Assembly: GCA_016188865.1 (NCBI GenBank)
Contig: JACPGX010000002.1
Coordinates: forward strand, 130,398-194,397
Length of the DNA: 64,000 nucleotides
Reading direction: 5' to 3'
Origin: Candidatus Nealsonbacteria bacterium
GTDB lineage: Bacteria > Patescibacteriota > Minisyncoccia > Minisyncoccales > MHMH01
Below are positions 1 through 8,937 of the stretch, piece by piece. The notes beneath the pieces are model-generated. The model had not been told where the DNA came from, did no database searches, and saw only the letters and a program-made list of their open reading frames with translations. Positions within the stretch are counted from its first letter, which is position 1. Each line of letters starts with the position of its first letter. The translations under genes were made by a program, and so were the position numbers.

Positions 1-2067
1 CGCAAAATCTATAAAAAACATCCGCATTTATTTTTATTAGCCAAACTCATCCTGGGTGGTTTTTTGTTTTTAACAATCAGTATTTCATTCGTGTTTTTGT
101 ATTTTTCCAGAGATCTGCCAAGGCCAGAGGTCTTCACAGAAAAACCGTTTATCCTTCCGACAGAAATATATGACAGAAAGGGCGAAGTGCTTTTATATCA
201 AATATACGACGAGGAGAAGAGAACTATTGTCTCTTTAAATCAAGTGCCGAATATTTTAAAAGAAGCCATAATTACCGCTGAAGACGCTAACTTTTATAAA
301 CATTTCGGTTTGGATTTTACTGGCATTGCCCGATCAATTTTCAAAAATCTAAGCTTGGGCAAATTAACTTACGGCGGCTCCACCATCTCTCAACAGTTAA
401 TCAGGTCGAGCTTTCTCACCGCAGAAAAAACCGCCCAAAGAAAAATAAAGGAAATCATCTTAACGCTGGAATTGGAAAGGCGTTATTCTAAGGACCAAAT
501 TTTAGAATTTTATTTAAACCAAGTTCCTTTTGGCTTAAACGCCTATGGGGTAGAAGCGGCTTCTCAAGTTTATTTCGGAAAAAACGTCTCCGAGGTTTCT
601 TTGGCAGAAGCTGCCGCCCTAGCTGCTTTGATCAGGGCGCCCAGCCGCCTATCGAGGCCGGAAAACAAAGATGAGTTGATTTCTCTTAAAAATTATATTA
701 TTGAACGAATGGTAAAAAATAATTATATCAGCTTAGAGGATGCAAAAAATAGTCAAAATGAAACCCTGCAATTTGCTGAAATCCGCCACCCCATTAAAGC
801 GCCTCATTTTGTGCTTTTCGTTAAAAATTACCTTGAAGAAAATTACCCCGCTTCTCTATTAAAAACCGGCGGCCTCAAGGTTTATACAACCATCGATTGG
901 CAGCTCCAACAATGGGCAGAGGAAGCCGTAGAAACCGGAGTCAAAATCAATAAAAACTATAATGCCCATAACGCAGCTTTAGTGGCGATCAACCCGAATA
1001 ATGGCGAGATTTTAGCCATGGTCGGCTCTGCCGATTATTTTGGAGAATCATATCCCAAAGACTGCGACTCGGGGAGCTTAGACAACGGCTGTCTTTTCGA
1101 CCCGCAAGTCAATGCGGCAGCTTACGGCGTAGGCAGACAGCCGGGCTCTTCTTTCAAGCCCTTTGCTTATTATTTGGCTCTCCAGAACGGCATGACTCCC
1201 GAAACCGTTTTATGGGACGTCAAAACTGAATTTAATCCAGACTGCGACCCTTCATCGGAGGAAGAAGAAGATAGCTTTGGAATGGATTGCTACCACCCTA
1301 AAAACTACGATGAAAAATTCAGGGGGCCCATCACTTTAAAAAATGCCCTTGCCCAATCAATCAATGTCCCGGCCGTAAAAATATTATATTCCGTAGGCCT
1401 TAAAAACACGCTGAACCTTGCTCATTCTCTCGGCATCACGACGCTTAATGAGCCCTCTTCATTTTATGGCCTTTCGTTAGTTTTGGGTGGCGGCGAAGTA
1501 AAATTGCTTGATATGACTTCAGCTTACGGCGTTTTCGCCGCCCGCGGGCTGAAAGTCCCCCCTGTTTCTATTTTAAAAATAGTAGATCCAAGAGAAAATA
1601 TTATCGAAGAAAATAAAAAAACTCCGCAAAGGGTTTTGGACCCGAAAATTGTTGACCAATTAAGCGATATTCTGTCCAACGATGAGGCGAGGGCGCCAAT
1701 TTTCGGCAGCCGAGGCTCTTTATACATCCCCGGGCACCAAGTGGCTGTTAAAACAGGCACCACTCAGGAATACAAAGACGCATGGACAATTGGTTATACC
1801 AACTCATTGGTAGTGGGGGTTTGGGCCGGAAATAATAATTCCGTGCCGATTGAAAGAAAATCCGGCGTAGCTATAGCCAGCCCTATTTGGAATAAATTTA
1901 TGAAAAAAGCGTTGGAGCTATATCCATCGCAAAATTTTGTCAAACCAGAAAAAACTCAAACGGCAAATACCACCTCCTCAGCATCCGGGCTGGACCCGCG
2001 CGATCCTCAATATCAAAACTGGGAATGGGCCATACAATCGTATGCCGCCAGCTCGACCTCTAGGTAG
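1..2067 (+). CDS. Class A penicillin-binding protein (GT51 transglycosylase + transpeptidase); frame is open to base 1, so the 5' end probably lies outside the window
   Basis: Motifs EDANFYKHFG, GGSTISQQL, RKIKE..ILEFYLN (GT51); SSFKPF (SxxK), SIN, KTGT (transpeptidase). No stop codon in frame between 1 and 63. Confidence 0.9.
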   Translation, partial: RKIYKKHPHLFLLAKLILGGFLFLTISISFVFLYFSRDLPRPEVFTEKPFILPTEIYDRKGEVLLYQIYDEEKRTIVSLNQVPNILKEAIITAEDANFYKHFGLDFTGIARSIFKNLSLGKLTYGGSTISQQLIRSSFLTAEKTAQRKIKEIILTLELERRYSKDQILEFYLNQVPFGLNAYGVEAASQVYFGKNVSEVSLAEAAALAALIRAPSRLSRPENKDELISLKNYIIERMVKNNYISLEDAKNSQNETLQFAEIRHPIKAPHFVLFVKNYLEENYPASLLKTGGLKVYTTIDWQLQQWAEEAVETGVKINKNYNAHNAALVAINPNNGEILAMVGSADYFGESYPKDCDSGSLDNGCLFDPQVNAAAYGVGRQPGSSFKPFAYYLALQNGMTPETVLWDVKTEFNPDCDPSSEEEEDSFGMDCYHPKNYDEKFRGPITLKNALAQSINVPAVKILYSVGLKNTLNLAHSLGITTLNEPSSFYGLSLVLGGGEVKLLDMTSAYGVFAARGLKVPPVSILKIVDPRENIIEENKKTPQRVLDPKIVDQLSDILSNDEARAPIFGSRGSLYIPGHQVAVKTGTTQEYKDAWTIGYTNSLVVGVWAGNNNSVPIERKSGVAIASPIWNKFMKKALELYPSQNFVKPEKTQTANTTSSASGLDPRDPQYQNWEWAIQSYAASSTSR

Positions 2068-3205
2068 ATTTAATCGGCATCACTATATAAATATAACTAG
2101 TGTCATCCTTGGGTTTTAAAACGGCCGGGCCCCCTTCTCCGTTGAGTTCAAAAATAACCTCGGGACCTTTAATGTTTAAAAGCCCGTCAATCAAAAAACG
2201 ATAATTAAAAGAAACTTCCATTTCTTTAATCCCGACAGAAGCATATTTTACTTGGGCCGATAAAAAACTTTTGTTCTCGCCAAATTCCGGATTCTGCGAA
2301 AGTATTTCTATGCCATCTTTTTTAACAATTATTTTTATTTCGTTAGTCTTGCCGCTAAAAATGCTAGCCGTTTTAACGTGGTTCAAAAAATCTTCTTTTG
2401 ATAATAAAGTCTGAATTTCATATTTTTTAGGAATAATTTCCTGATAATCCGGATAATCGCCGTCAATAAGGCGGGAAATAAGCTGGATTTCCGGGTGATC
2501 TGTTTCCGACATAAAATATTCAAACAAGACCTGGTGCGTCGAAAAATAAAATCTTAATTTTCCTTCTTTTTCAGAAAGAATATTAATTATTTCTCTGACT
2601 GACCTTTGAGGAATAATCAAAGAAAGTTCCTGATTATTTTTTTCTTCGAAGAATAATATTTTTTCGGCTAACCTGAAACTGTCGGTAGTTGTCAAGGACA
2701 GGGTGTCCTTGCCAAAATTAAGATAAACTCCGGATAATTCTGGTTTGGTGGTTTGGTTCTGGCTGGCAAAATCAACAACTTGAGATAAGCCCTTGCAAAA
2801 AGTTTGACAATCTAATTGTATAAAATTATTGTTTTCTATTTTAGGAATAATAGGGAAATCTTCTGCTGACAGCCCTTTAATTTTAGTTTGATAACTTTGA
2901 CAATTAATATTAAAAATTTGATTTTTCAATTCAAAATAAATTTTATCTTCCGGCAATAAATTAATAAAACTTGATAAAATTTTAGCCGGTATTGTTATTT
3001 TACCCTCCTTCTCTGTTTTTATAAGAGACCAATATTTGATTCCTAATTCCAAATCAGTAGCCGATAAATTCAAAAAATTTTTTTGGGCATCAATTAAGAT
3101 GTTATTCAAAATAGGCAAAGTCGAATTTTTCCCGGTAACCCGACTGACAATATTCAATCCCTTGTTTAGATTTTCTTTTAAAATTATAAATTTCATATAT
3201 TTCAA
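2060..3205 (-). CDS. dnaN: DNA polymerase III beta sliding clamp
   Basis: 381 aa with a typical N-terminus MKF.ILKENL..GL..V.....K.TLPIL..ILI. Located directly downstream of dnaA. Confidence 0.9.
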   Translation of the reverse strand: MKYMKFIILKENLNKGLNIVSRVTGKNSTLPILNNILIDAQKNFLNLSATDLELGIKYWSLIKTEKEGKITIPAKILSSFINLLPEDKIYFELKNQIFNINCQSYQTKIKGLSAEDFPIIPKIENNNFIQLDCQTFCKGLSQVVDFASQNQTTKPELSGVYLNFGKDTLSLTTTDSFRLAEKILFFEEKNNQELSLIIPQRSVREIINILSEKEGKLRFYFSTHQVLFEYFMSETDHPEIQLISRLIDGDYPDYQEIIPKKYEIQTLLSKEDFLNHVKTASIFSGKTNEIKIIVKKDGIEILSQNPEFGENKSFLSAQVKYASVGIKEMEVSFNYRFLIDGLLNIKGPEVIFELNGEGGPAVLKPKDDTSYIYIVMPIKST

Positions 3206-3285
3206 TTAATTTTAATTAAATATTAATTTGTAGTTGTTATATCTTTTGAATAATTTCATTTTAGATTCAATTTTAGTTAATTATT

Positions 3286-3294
3286 AGTGGATAA
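3286..3294. promoter_or_regulatory. DnaA box-like 9-mer AGTGGATAA (8/9 match to TGTGGATAA)
   Basis: Read directly in the dnaA-dnaN intergenic region. Confidence 0.5.
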
Positions 3295-3316
3295 GCCTGT
3301 TTAAAATAAGTTTTTT

Positions 3317-3351
3317 AAAAACTAAAAACTAAAAACTAAAAACTAAAAACT
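3317..3351. repeat. Five tandem copies of the heptamer AAAAACT (AT-rich, candidate unwinding element)
   Basis: aaaaact x5 read directly, immediately next to a perfect DnaA box. Confidence 0.8.
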
Positions 3352-3354
3352 AAT

Positions 3355-3363
3355 TTATCCACA
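3355..3363. promoter_or_regulatory. Perfect DnaA box TTATCCACA
   Basis: Exact consensus 9-mer, 2 nt from the dnaA stop codon. Confidence 0.65.
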
Positions 3364-3365
3364 GC

Positions 3366-4733
3366 TTATAAACGGCATGCCTGCTCCTTTATTAGACTTA
3401 TTTCCTCAGCTAAATTTTCGTCTTTTTCCAATTCTTTAGCAATTTTATTATATGCATGAATAGCCGTGGTATGGTCTTTCCCGCCGAATTTTCTGCCGAT
3501 AAACGGAAAAGAACACTTTAGTTCATTTCTCAAAAGATACATAGCCACCTGGCGGGGTTTTACAATTTCTTTTTTGCGCGAAACATCTATGAGGTCAGCT
3601 TCTTTCAAATCAAAGAAAAAAGCAGTAGCTTTTACGATTTTTTCCGGATTGATTATTTTTTTCGGAGAAAATATGGCATTTTTGAGAAGCATTTTTGTCG
3701 TTTCTATGTCCGGAGCGCGATTATTTAATTTTTGATACGCATTAATCCTGTTCAGGGCTCCCTCCAATTCTCTGATGTTTCTTTGGATATTTGTTGCGAT
3801 GTATTCAATAATTTCGGCAGAAAAACTAGATTTTTTTTCTTGAGCCTTGGCCTTTAAAATAGCTACTCTGGTTTCAAGGTCGGGCAAGCTTATATCGGCG
3901 ATCATACCGCCTTCAAATCGAGATCTTAATCTTTCCTCTAGGGCAGAGATAGCTTTTGGCGGGCGATCGGATGAAATTACTATTTGTTTATTTTTTTCAT
4001 ATAAATTATTAAAAATATGAAAAAATTCTTCCTGGGTTTTTTCCTTGCCAGCCAAAAATTGGATATCGTCGATGATCAAAAGATCAATATTTTTATAAAA
4101 AGATTTAAATTTTTCTATGTCGTGGTTTTTGATGGAGTCCACTATACCCGAGGTGAATTTTTCGGACGACATGTATCTTATTTTTTTTTCTGGAAATTTT
4201 TGGAATATTTCGTTGCCGATGGACTGTACCAGGTGAGTCTTGCCCAGGCCTACACCCCCATAAACAAACAGGGGATTGTAAGCCTGCCCCGGGCTGCGCA
4301 CTATAGCTAAAGCAGCGGCATGAGCCAGCTCATTAAATGGGCCGACTATAAAACTATCAAACGTATAGCGGGGATTTAAATTTGTTTCTTTGTCTACTTT
4401 TAATTCCGGAAAATCTAATTGAGAAATGCTGCTAATGGCGTTATCGGAAACGGCGGCGGCAGATTGGATTTCTGGTGCTGCCGCATGGGAAGCAAGAACA
4501 TTATATTTTACTTCCCTTACCCCTCCGTCTAAGTTGTGGAGAATTTTGAAAATGATCTTATTGTATTTGTTTTCTAGCCATTCTTTAGAAAAATTATTAG
4601 GCACAGAAACCATAATTTCACCGTCTTTTGCCGAAATAATATTGGTGCCCTTAAACCACGTAGCAAAACTGGCCTTGGAAATATTAAATTGGATTTGAGC
4701 AAGCAGGGCTTGCCACAATTCTTCTTTGTTCAT
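3366..4733 (-). CDS. dnaA: Chromosomal replication initiator DnaA
   Basis: Walker A GGVGLGKTHL, DDIQFL box, C-terminal KFGGKDHTTAIHAYNKI. Start moved to MNKEELW (4733) because a TGtTATAAT -10 element lies inside the track's N-terminal extension. Confidence 0.93.
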   Translation of the reverse strand: MNKEELWQALLAQIQFNISKASFATWFKGTNIISAKDGEIMVSVPNNFSKEWLENKYNKIIFKILHNLDGGVREVKYNVLASHAAAPEIQSAAAVSDNAISSISQLDFPELKVDKETNLNPRYTFDSFIVGPFNELAHAAALAIVRSPGQAYNPLFVYGGVGLGKTHLVQSIGNEIFQKFPEKKIRYMSSEKFTSGIVDSIKNHDIEKFKSFYKNIDLLIIDDIQFLAGKEKTQEEFFHIFNNLYEKNKQIVISSDRPPKAISALEERLRSRFEGGMIADISLPDLETRVAILKAKAQEKKSSFSAEIIEYIATNIQRNIRELEGALNRINAYQKLNNRAPDIETTKMLLKNAIFSPKKIINPEKIVKATAFFFDLKEADLIDVSRKKEIVKPRQVAMYLLRNELKCSFPFIGRKFGGKDHTTAIHAYNKIAKELEKDENLAEEISLIKEQACRL

Positions 4734-4833
4734 AGATTCCAAGGGCATTATAACACATGTCAAAAAAAAGCAAAATTAACTCAAATATTGTTCTTTTGTT
4801 GATAAACTGGGCAAAAACTGTTAATATTTGATT

Positions 4834-4968
4834 ATGAGTATTACATACCAACCCAAAAAAAGAAAAAGAAAAAGAGCCCATGGGTTTAGATCGCGTCAAA
4901 AAGCCAATGGCGGCAGGAGGGTTTTGGCGAGGAGAAGAGCCAAGGGCAGAAATAAATTGACAGTTTAA
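4834..4968 (+). CDS. rpmH: 50S ribosomal protein L34 (44 aa, below the ORF-track cutoff)
   Basis: My translation is [44 protein letters not shown]. Its stop overlaps the rnpA start (TAAATG). Confidence 0.9.
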   Translation: MSITYQPKKRKRKRAHGFRSRQKANGGRRVLARRRAKGRNKLTV

Positions 4969-5307
4969 ATGTTGTCAAAAATCAACCGTCTTAAAAAGAC
5001 CGCAGAAATCGAGCGGGTTTTTAAAAGAGGCAGGGGCGTTCGAGAGGATTTTTTATTTTTGAAAGCAGCCGAAAATAATTTAAGGGTTATCAGGTTTGCT
5101 TTTGTTGTTAGTAAAAAAATATCCGGCAAAGCGAGCTCAAGGAACAAGATAAAAAGAATATTGAGGGCGGCCGCGAGGAGGAGGCTCCCCCGCCTGAAAA
5201 CAGGCCTTGATGTGGTGATTGTGGTCCATGGGGGCATAGAAAATAAAAATTTTCAGGAGATAGAGCAGAGCGTAGATAAACTTTTTAAAAAAGCTAAACT
5301 TACTTAA
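4969..5307 (+). CDS. rnpA: RNase P protein component
   Basis: 112 aa basic protein with INRLKK..E...VFK.G; canonical rpmH-rnpA-yidC order. Confidence 0.85.
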   Translation: MLSKINRLKKTAEIERVFKRGRGVREDFLFLKAAENNLRVIRFAFVVSKKISGKASSRNKIKRILRAAARRRLPRLKTGLDVVIVVHGGIENKNFQEIEQSVDKLFKKAKLT

Positions 5308-6020
5308 TGGAATCTTTTGGCAATCTTTTTAATTTAATATTTTATCAGCCCCTTCAGTGGGCGCTGATGTTTTTGTATAACTATTTGCCGGGCAATGATT
5401 TTGGAGTGGCCGTTATCGCTTTGACTGTTTTAGTTAAATTAATGCTTTATCCCCTGGGGATTCAGGGGATTAAATCTCAAAAAGCGCTTCAGGGCCTCCA
5501 GCCGAAGATCAAAGAAATCCAAGAAAAATTTAAGGATGATAAAACAAGGCAGGCCAAAGAAACGATGGATCTTTATAAAAAAGAGAAAATTAATCCTTTC
5601 TCCAGTTTTTTACTTTTATTAATTCAACTGCCGATTTTGTTCGCTCTTTTTAAGGTCTTCGGGACGGGGCTGGGGAATATGGCGGGGATTGATACTACTT
5701 TTTTGGGAATAATAAATTTAGCGGAAGGTTCGGCTGTTTTGGTGATACTGTCAGGCATTGCCCAATTTTGGCAGACAAAAATGATGGCTCCCCCCTCGAC
5801 TCGTTCTGCCCGTTCGGGACAAGCCGCCGACTTTTCTGGTATGATGCAAAAGCAGATGCTTTATTTTTTCCCGATTTTCACGATATTTATTTTATGGCGC
5901 ATGCCCTCGGCCATCGCCCTTTACTGGCTGACCACCACCTTATTTACAATCGCTCAACAGTATATTACAGTGGGTAAGAGCCTGTCCGCCGGCAGGCAGG
6001 ATAAAAAAAATGCCAACTAA
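5307..6020 (+). CDS. yidC: Membrane protein insertase YidC (short form)
   Basis: 237 aa polytopic protein at the position after rnpA; 1-nt overlap with the rnpA stop. Confidence 0.85.
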   Translation: MESFGNLFNLIFYQPLQWALMFLYNYLPGNDFGVAVIALTVLVKLMLYPLGIQGIKSQKALQGLQPKIKEIQEKFKDDKTRQAKETMDLYKKEKINPFSSFLLLLIQLPILFALFKVFGTGLGNMAGIDTTFLGIINLAEGSAVLVILSGIAQFWQTKMMAPPSTRSARSGQAADFSGMMQKQMLYFFPIFTIFILWRMPSAIALYWLTTTLFTIAQQYITVGKSLSAGRQDKKNAN

Positions 6021-6471
6021 TCTTGAAAAAATTGAAGAAGCTGCCCGGGAATTTTTCAGCAAGACCGGTTTTTCTATTGATGCCATAGAAATTAACAATA
6101 CCCGGGACTCGGCTGTTTTTATCGGCTTAAAAATGGATGAACCGCAGATTTTAATCGGCGAAGGAGGACAAACATTGGCCGATATCCAGCGTCTTTTGAA
6201 AATAATTATCAATAAAAAATTCGGCCCCGAGTTGTCTTTTTACGTTGATTTAGATATTAATGACTATAAAAAGAAAAAAGCAGAGTATTTGAGAGAAATG
6301 GCAAAATCTACCGCTGACGAAGTGGTCTTAACCAAAGCAGAAAAGTTGTTGCCCGTCATGTCAGCTTACGACAGAAGGGTTGTCCATGTGGAGTTAGCCT
6401 CCAGATCTGATATTATTACCGAAAGCATTGGCGATGAACCGGAAAGAAGAGTGATAATAAAATTACGCTAA
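6010..6471 (+). CDS. jag: Jag-like KH/R3H RNA-binding protein
   Basis: C-terminal R3H-like SAYDRRVVHVELA......ESIGDEPERRVIIK, downstream of yidC. Confidence 0.75.
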   Translation: MPTNLEKIEEAAREFFSKTGFSIDAIEINNTRDSAVFIGLKMDEPQILIGEGGQTLADIQRLLKIIINKKFGPELSFYVDLDINDYKKKKAEYLREMAKSTADEVVLTKAEKLLPVMSAYDRRVVHVELASRSDIITESIGDEPERRVIIKLR

Positions 6472-6522
6472 TAGCCCCCGTTTTTTAAAAATTAAATAAA
6501 GCTCGCGAGGAGGTATGGAACA

Positions 6523-7020
6523 ATGGGGAAAAAATGGATTTGGGCAACGATTTTAGTTGGCGTTTCGATATTCGGCTTGATTATCATAACCGGCTGCAGT
6601 AAGCCTGCGGTGGAAAAACCGCCCTTGCCCGTACCGCCTCCTCCTCCGCCTTCACCACCACCCCCGCCTTTGCCTACAGCCAAAATTTATACCATTTCGG
6701 ATTTTCCCCGAGACCCTCAAACGCCCGGAGAAACCATCGCCGCGTATGTTTGCTCATTGATTTCCGGAGATTACGAAAAAACCATGTCATTCATTTCAGA
6801 AGAAAAATTAGCGGCAGAAGGCCTCCCGACTAGAGAAATTTGGTTCAGCCAAACAGCGCAGTGGAGAGAAAGATTGGGAGTTGAAGTGCTAGAGGAGAAA
6901 ATATCAGGCAATCGTGCCGAGGTAAAAATTAAGATTTATCATAAAGACGGCAGCTCTGTCCATGCTTTTTCAAGGCTTGTTTTTGAAAGAGCCAAATGGA
7001 AGATAAACGGAGCCGAGTAA
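6523..7020 (+). CDS. Putative lipoprotein with a polyproline linker
   Basis: Signal peptide plus a lipobox-like ITGC sequence, then PPLPVPPPPPPSPPPPPLP and a ~100-aa globular C-terminus. Confidence 0.55.
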   Translation: MGKKWIWATILVGVSIFGLIIITGCSKPAVEKPPLPVPPPPPPSPPPPPLPTAKIYTISDFPRDPQTPGETIAAYVCSLISGDYEKTMSFISEEKLAAEGLPTREIWFSQTAQWRERLGVEVLEEKISGNRAEVKIKIYHKDGSSVHAFSRLVFERAKWKINGAE

Positions 7021-7024
7021 AAAT

Positions 7025-7056
7025 AAAAAGCGCTATCTGCAAGGGATAGCGTTTTT
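7025..7056. terminator. Bidirectional hairpin terminator between convergent genes
   Basis: aaaaaGCGCTATCtgcaaggGATAGCGttttt: A-run, 8-9 bp stem, T-run. Confidence 0.65.
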
Positions 7057-7094
7057 ATTTATGAATATTTTGGCCCTACGAATATTTGCTTTTA

Positions 7095-8876
7095 TTATTC
7101 TTCGCTTAATTCTTCTTTTTCTTCTTTTATCTTTTTGACTTCTTCGGGAGCGGTGGTGATAAATTGGTGCTCTTGCTCAGAAGCAACCGTCCTGATGGCT
7201 ACGTGTTTTTGGCCGGCAAAGAAAAGCCCCTCCCCCACCGCAGCGCCTGTCAGGAGTTCTTTTTCCCAATCAGTCAGGTTAAATGTTTGTTGAACGACAC
7301 CCGCGGTAGCTGCGCTCTGTTTCATTAAAAATTGCAGGGCCGAGTTTGTGATAATCGGCTGGCCGTATTCTGATTTCATAAAATCATTAACATCTTGGGT
7401 AATTGTGGTTACTCCCAACCAATATTTTCTGGCTCTTTTTACCAGGCCATATAAGAAAGAGGCCCCATCTTCAGAATTCATCAGCCACCAAGCCTCATCA
7501 ATAACAAAGATTCTCCTTTTCAGTTCTGACCTGATTTTGTTCCAAATATAGCGGGTAATAATATACATTGCCATGGGCCGCAGGCTTTCCTCCATATCCC
7601 TGATGCCAAAAGCAATAAAATTATTGTCCATTTTGACGGTTGACGGTTTGTTAAAAAAATTAGCAAAAGTCCCCTTGGTGTATTTTCTAACTCTTTTTAA
7701 CAAAGATTCTGCGCCCTCCATGCCCTCTAATACCTGTTCCAAGTCGGACATTAAAGGCGGTTCGGCTTTGGAAAAATCAGCCTGCGGCGTTATGTCTTTA
7801 GCCGCGTAGGTTTCAGTGAGAGCTCTGTCCATAACAGCATCTTCTTCGGGCGTAAGGCCACCCAGCATTAGGCGCATTAAACCTACCAGGTTTATGATAT
7901 TAGACCTTAAAACATCTTCTGGTTTTTCGTCTTCTCTGGGCATAGGCAAATCAAAGGGGTTAATATGATTGGTGCTGCCTAAAGACATTTTGAAATAAGA
8001 GCCGCCTACGGCCCCAGACAGAGCTTCATATTCATTTTCCGGGTCAACCACAATAATATCAGTGCCTAACATCAAAGAGCGTAAAATTTCCAACTTTACA
8101 GCATAGCTTTTGCCAGCCCCCGATTGCGCAAATATCACCATGTTGGCATTGGGCATGGAAAATCTGTCGAACAAAACTAAAGAATTATTATGCTGGTTAA
8201 TGCCGTAAAGAATTCCCTCATTGGAGCTTAGGTCAAAAGAGATGAACGGGAAAATGCTGGACAAAGGCCCCGTATTCATTGAAACGTGAACTCCCAGTTG
8301 GTCCAGACCGTAGGGGGAGGTGGCAACAAATCCTTCCTTTTGTTGGTACAACGAAGGCTTGATGTAAATTAACTTCGACTCCAGCATTGATCTCAGGGTA
8401 GTTTCAATGTCATCTAATTGTTTTTCTTCGTCGGCATAAACTGTCAGATAAAGCCCCAACCTAAACATTCTTTCTTGGGCGGTTTGCAGCCTGTCCCTTA
8501 ATTCTTCAATATCTTTATAGGCCGTTTCAAGGGCTGGGTCCCTGACCAAACCCTTTGATTCTCTTTCCATTAATTCTGCCTGGACCTCGGTGACTCTTCT
8601 TCTTAGTTGTTTTAAAATGAGCCCCGCATCAATAGGGTGCACAAAAAAAGAAATATCCATCGAGATATCTAAATTAATAATGGGTGCAAACCAGCCAGTG
8701 GTTAAGTATCTGGGATAAGAAAAAATAAAGTAAGAGCGGGCGAATCTTTCTCCTAGTTTTAAACCGCCCGATTTGATTTCAATCGAAGACGGAGCGATGA
8801 TATCCGTCGCTCGAATGGCCTCTGCCTCAAAAATTTTCTCTTCGGGTATTTCCTTTTTTTGTTTTTTGAAAAACAT
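7095..8876 (-). CDS. VirB4/TraC-type T4SS ATPase (C-terminal ~3/4 of a canonical VirB4)
   Basis: Walker A FAQSGAGKSY, Walker B RRIFVIDEAWW, and an upstream YPRYLTTGWF motif region typical of VirB4. Confidence 0.85.
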   Translation of the reverse strand: MFFKKQKKEIPEEKIFEAEAIRATDIIAPSSIEIKSGGLKLGERFARSYFIFSYPRYLTTGWFAPIINLDISMDISFFVHPIDAGLILKQLRRRVTEVQAELMERESKGLVRDPALETAYKDIEELRDRLQTAQERMFRLGLYLTVYADEEKQLDDIETTLRSMLESKLIYIKPSLYQQKEGFVATSPYGLDQLGVHVSMNTGPLSSIFPFISFDLSSNEGILYGINQHNNSLVLFDRFSMPNANMVIFAQSGAGKSYAVKLEILRSLMLGTDIIVVDPENEYEALSGAVGGSYFKMSLGSTNHINPFDLPMPREDEKPEDVLRSNIINLVGLMRLMLGGLTPEEDAVMDRALTETYAAKDITPQADFSKAEPPLMSDLEQVLEGMEGAESLLKRVRKYTKGTFANFFNKPSTVKMDNNFIAFGIRDMEESLRPMAMYIITRYIWNKIRSELKRRIFVIDEAWWLMNSEDGASFLYGLVKRARKYWLGVTTITQDVNDFMKSEYGQPIITNSALQFLMKQSAATAGVVQQTFNLTDWEKELLTGAAVGEGLFFAGQKHVAIRTVASEQEHQFITTAPEEVKKIKEEKEELSEE

Positions 8877-8887
8877 ATTTCGATTTT

Positions 8888-8932
8888 AGGAGGTACGACC
8901 TCCACTCAAATTTGAGAGGAGGTCGGACCTCT
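8888..8932. repeat. Double-hairpin palindromic element, copy 1 (arms GGAGGTACGACCTCC / GGAGGTCGGACCTC, centre ACTCAAATTTGAGA)
   Basis: Read directly. Related copies lie at 17778-17820 and 43083-43126. Confidence 0.8.
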
Positions 8933-8937
8933 GCATA

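Noticed and set aside
3317-3351. Possible CRISPR or minisatellite
   Set aside because: The units are 7 nt with no spacers, and the array is only 35 bp and sits next to a DnaA box. It is better explained as an origin-associated AT-rich repeat.
6595-6685. GC-rich low-complexity tract (CCGCCTCCTCCTCCGCC...)
   Set aside because: It encodes the polyproline linker of the lipoprotein (PPLPVPPPPPPSPPPPPLP). The antisense poly-Gly ORF 6492-6683 is a shadow ORF.
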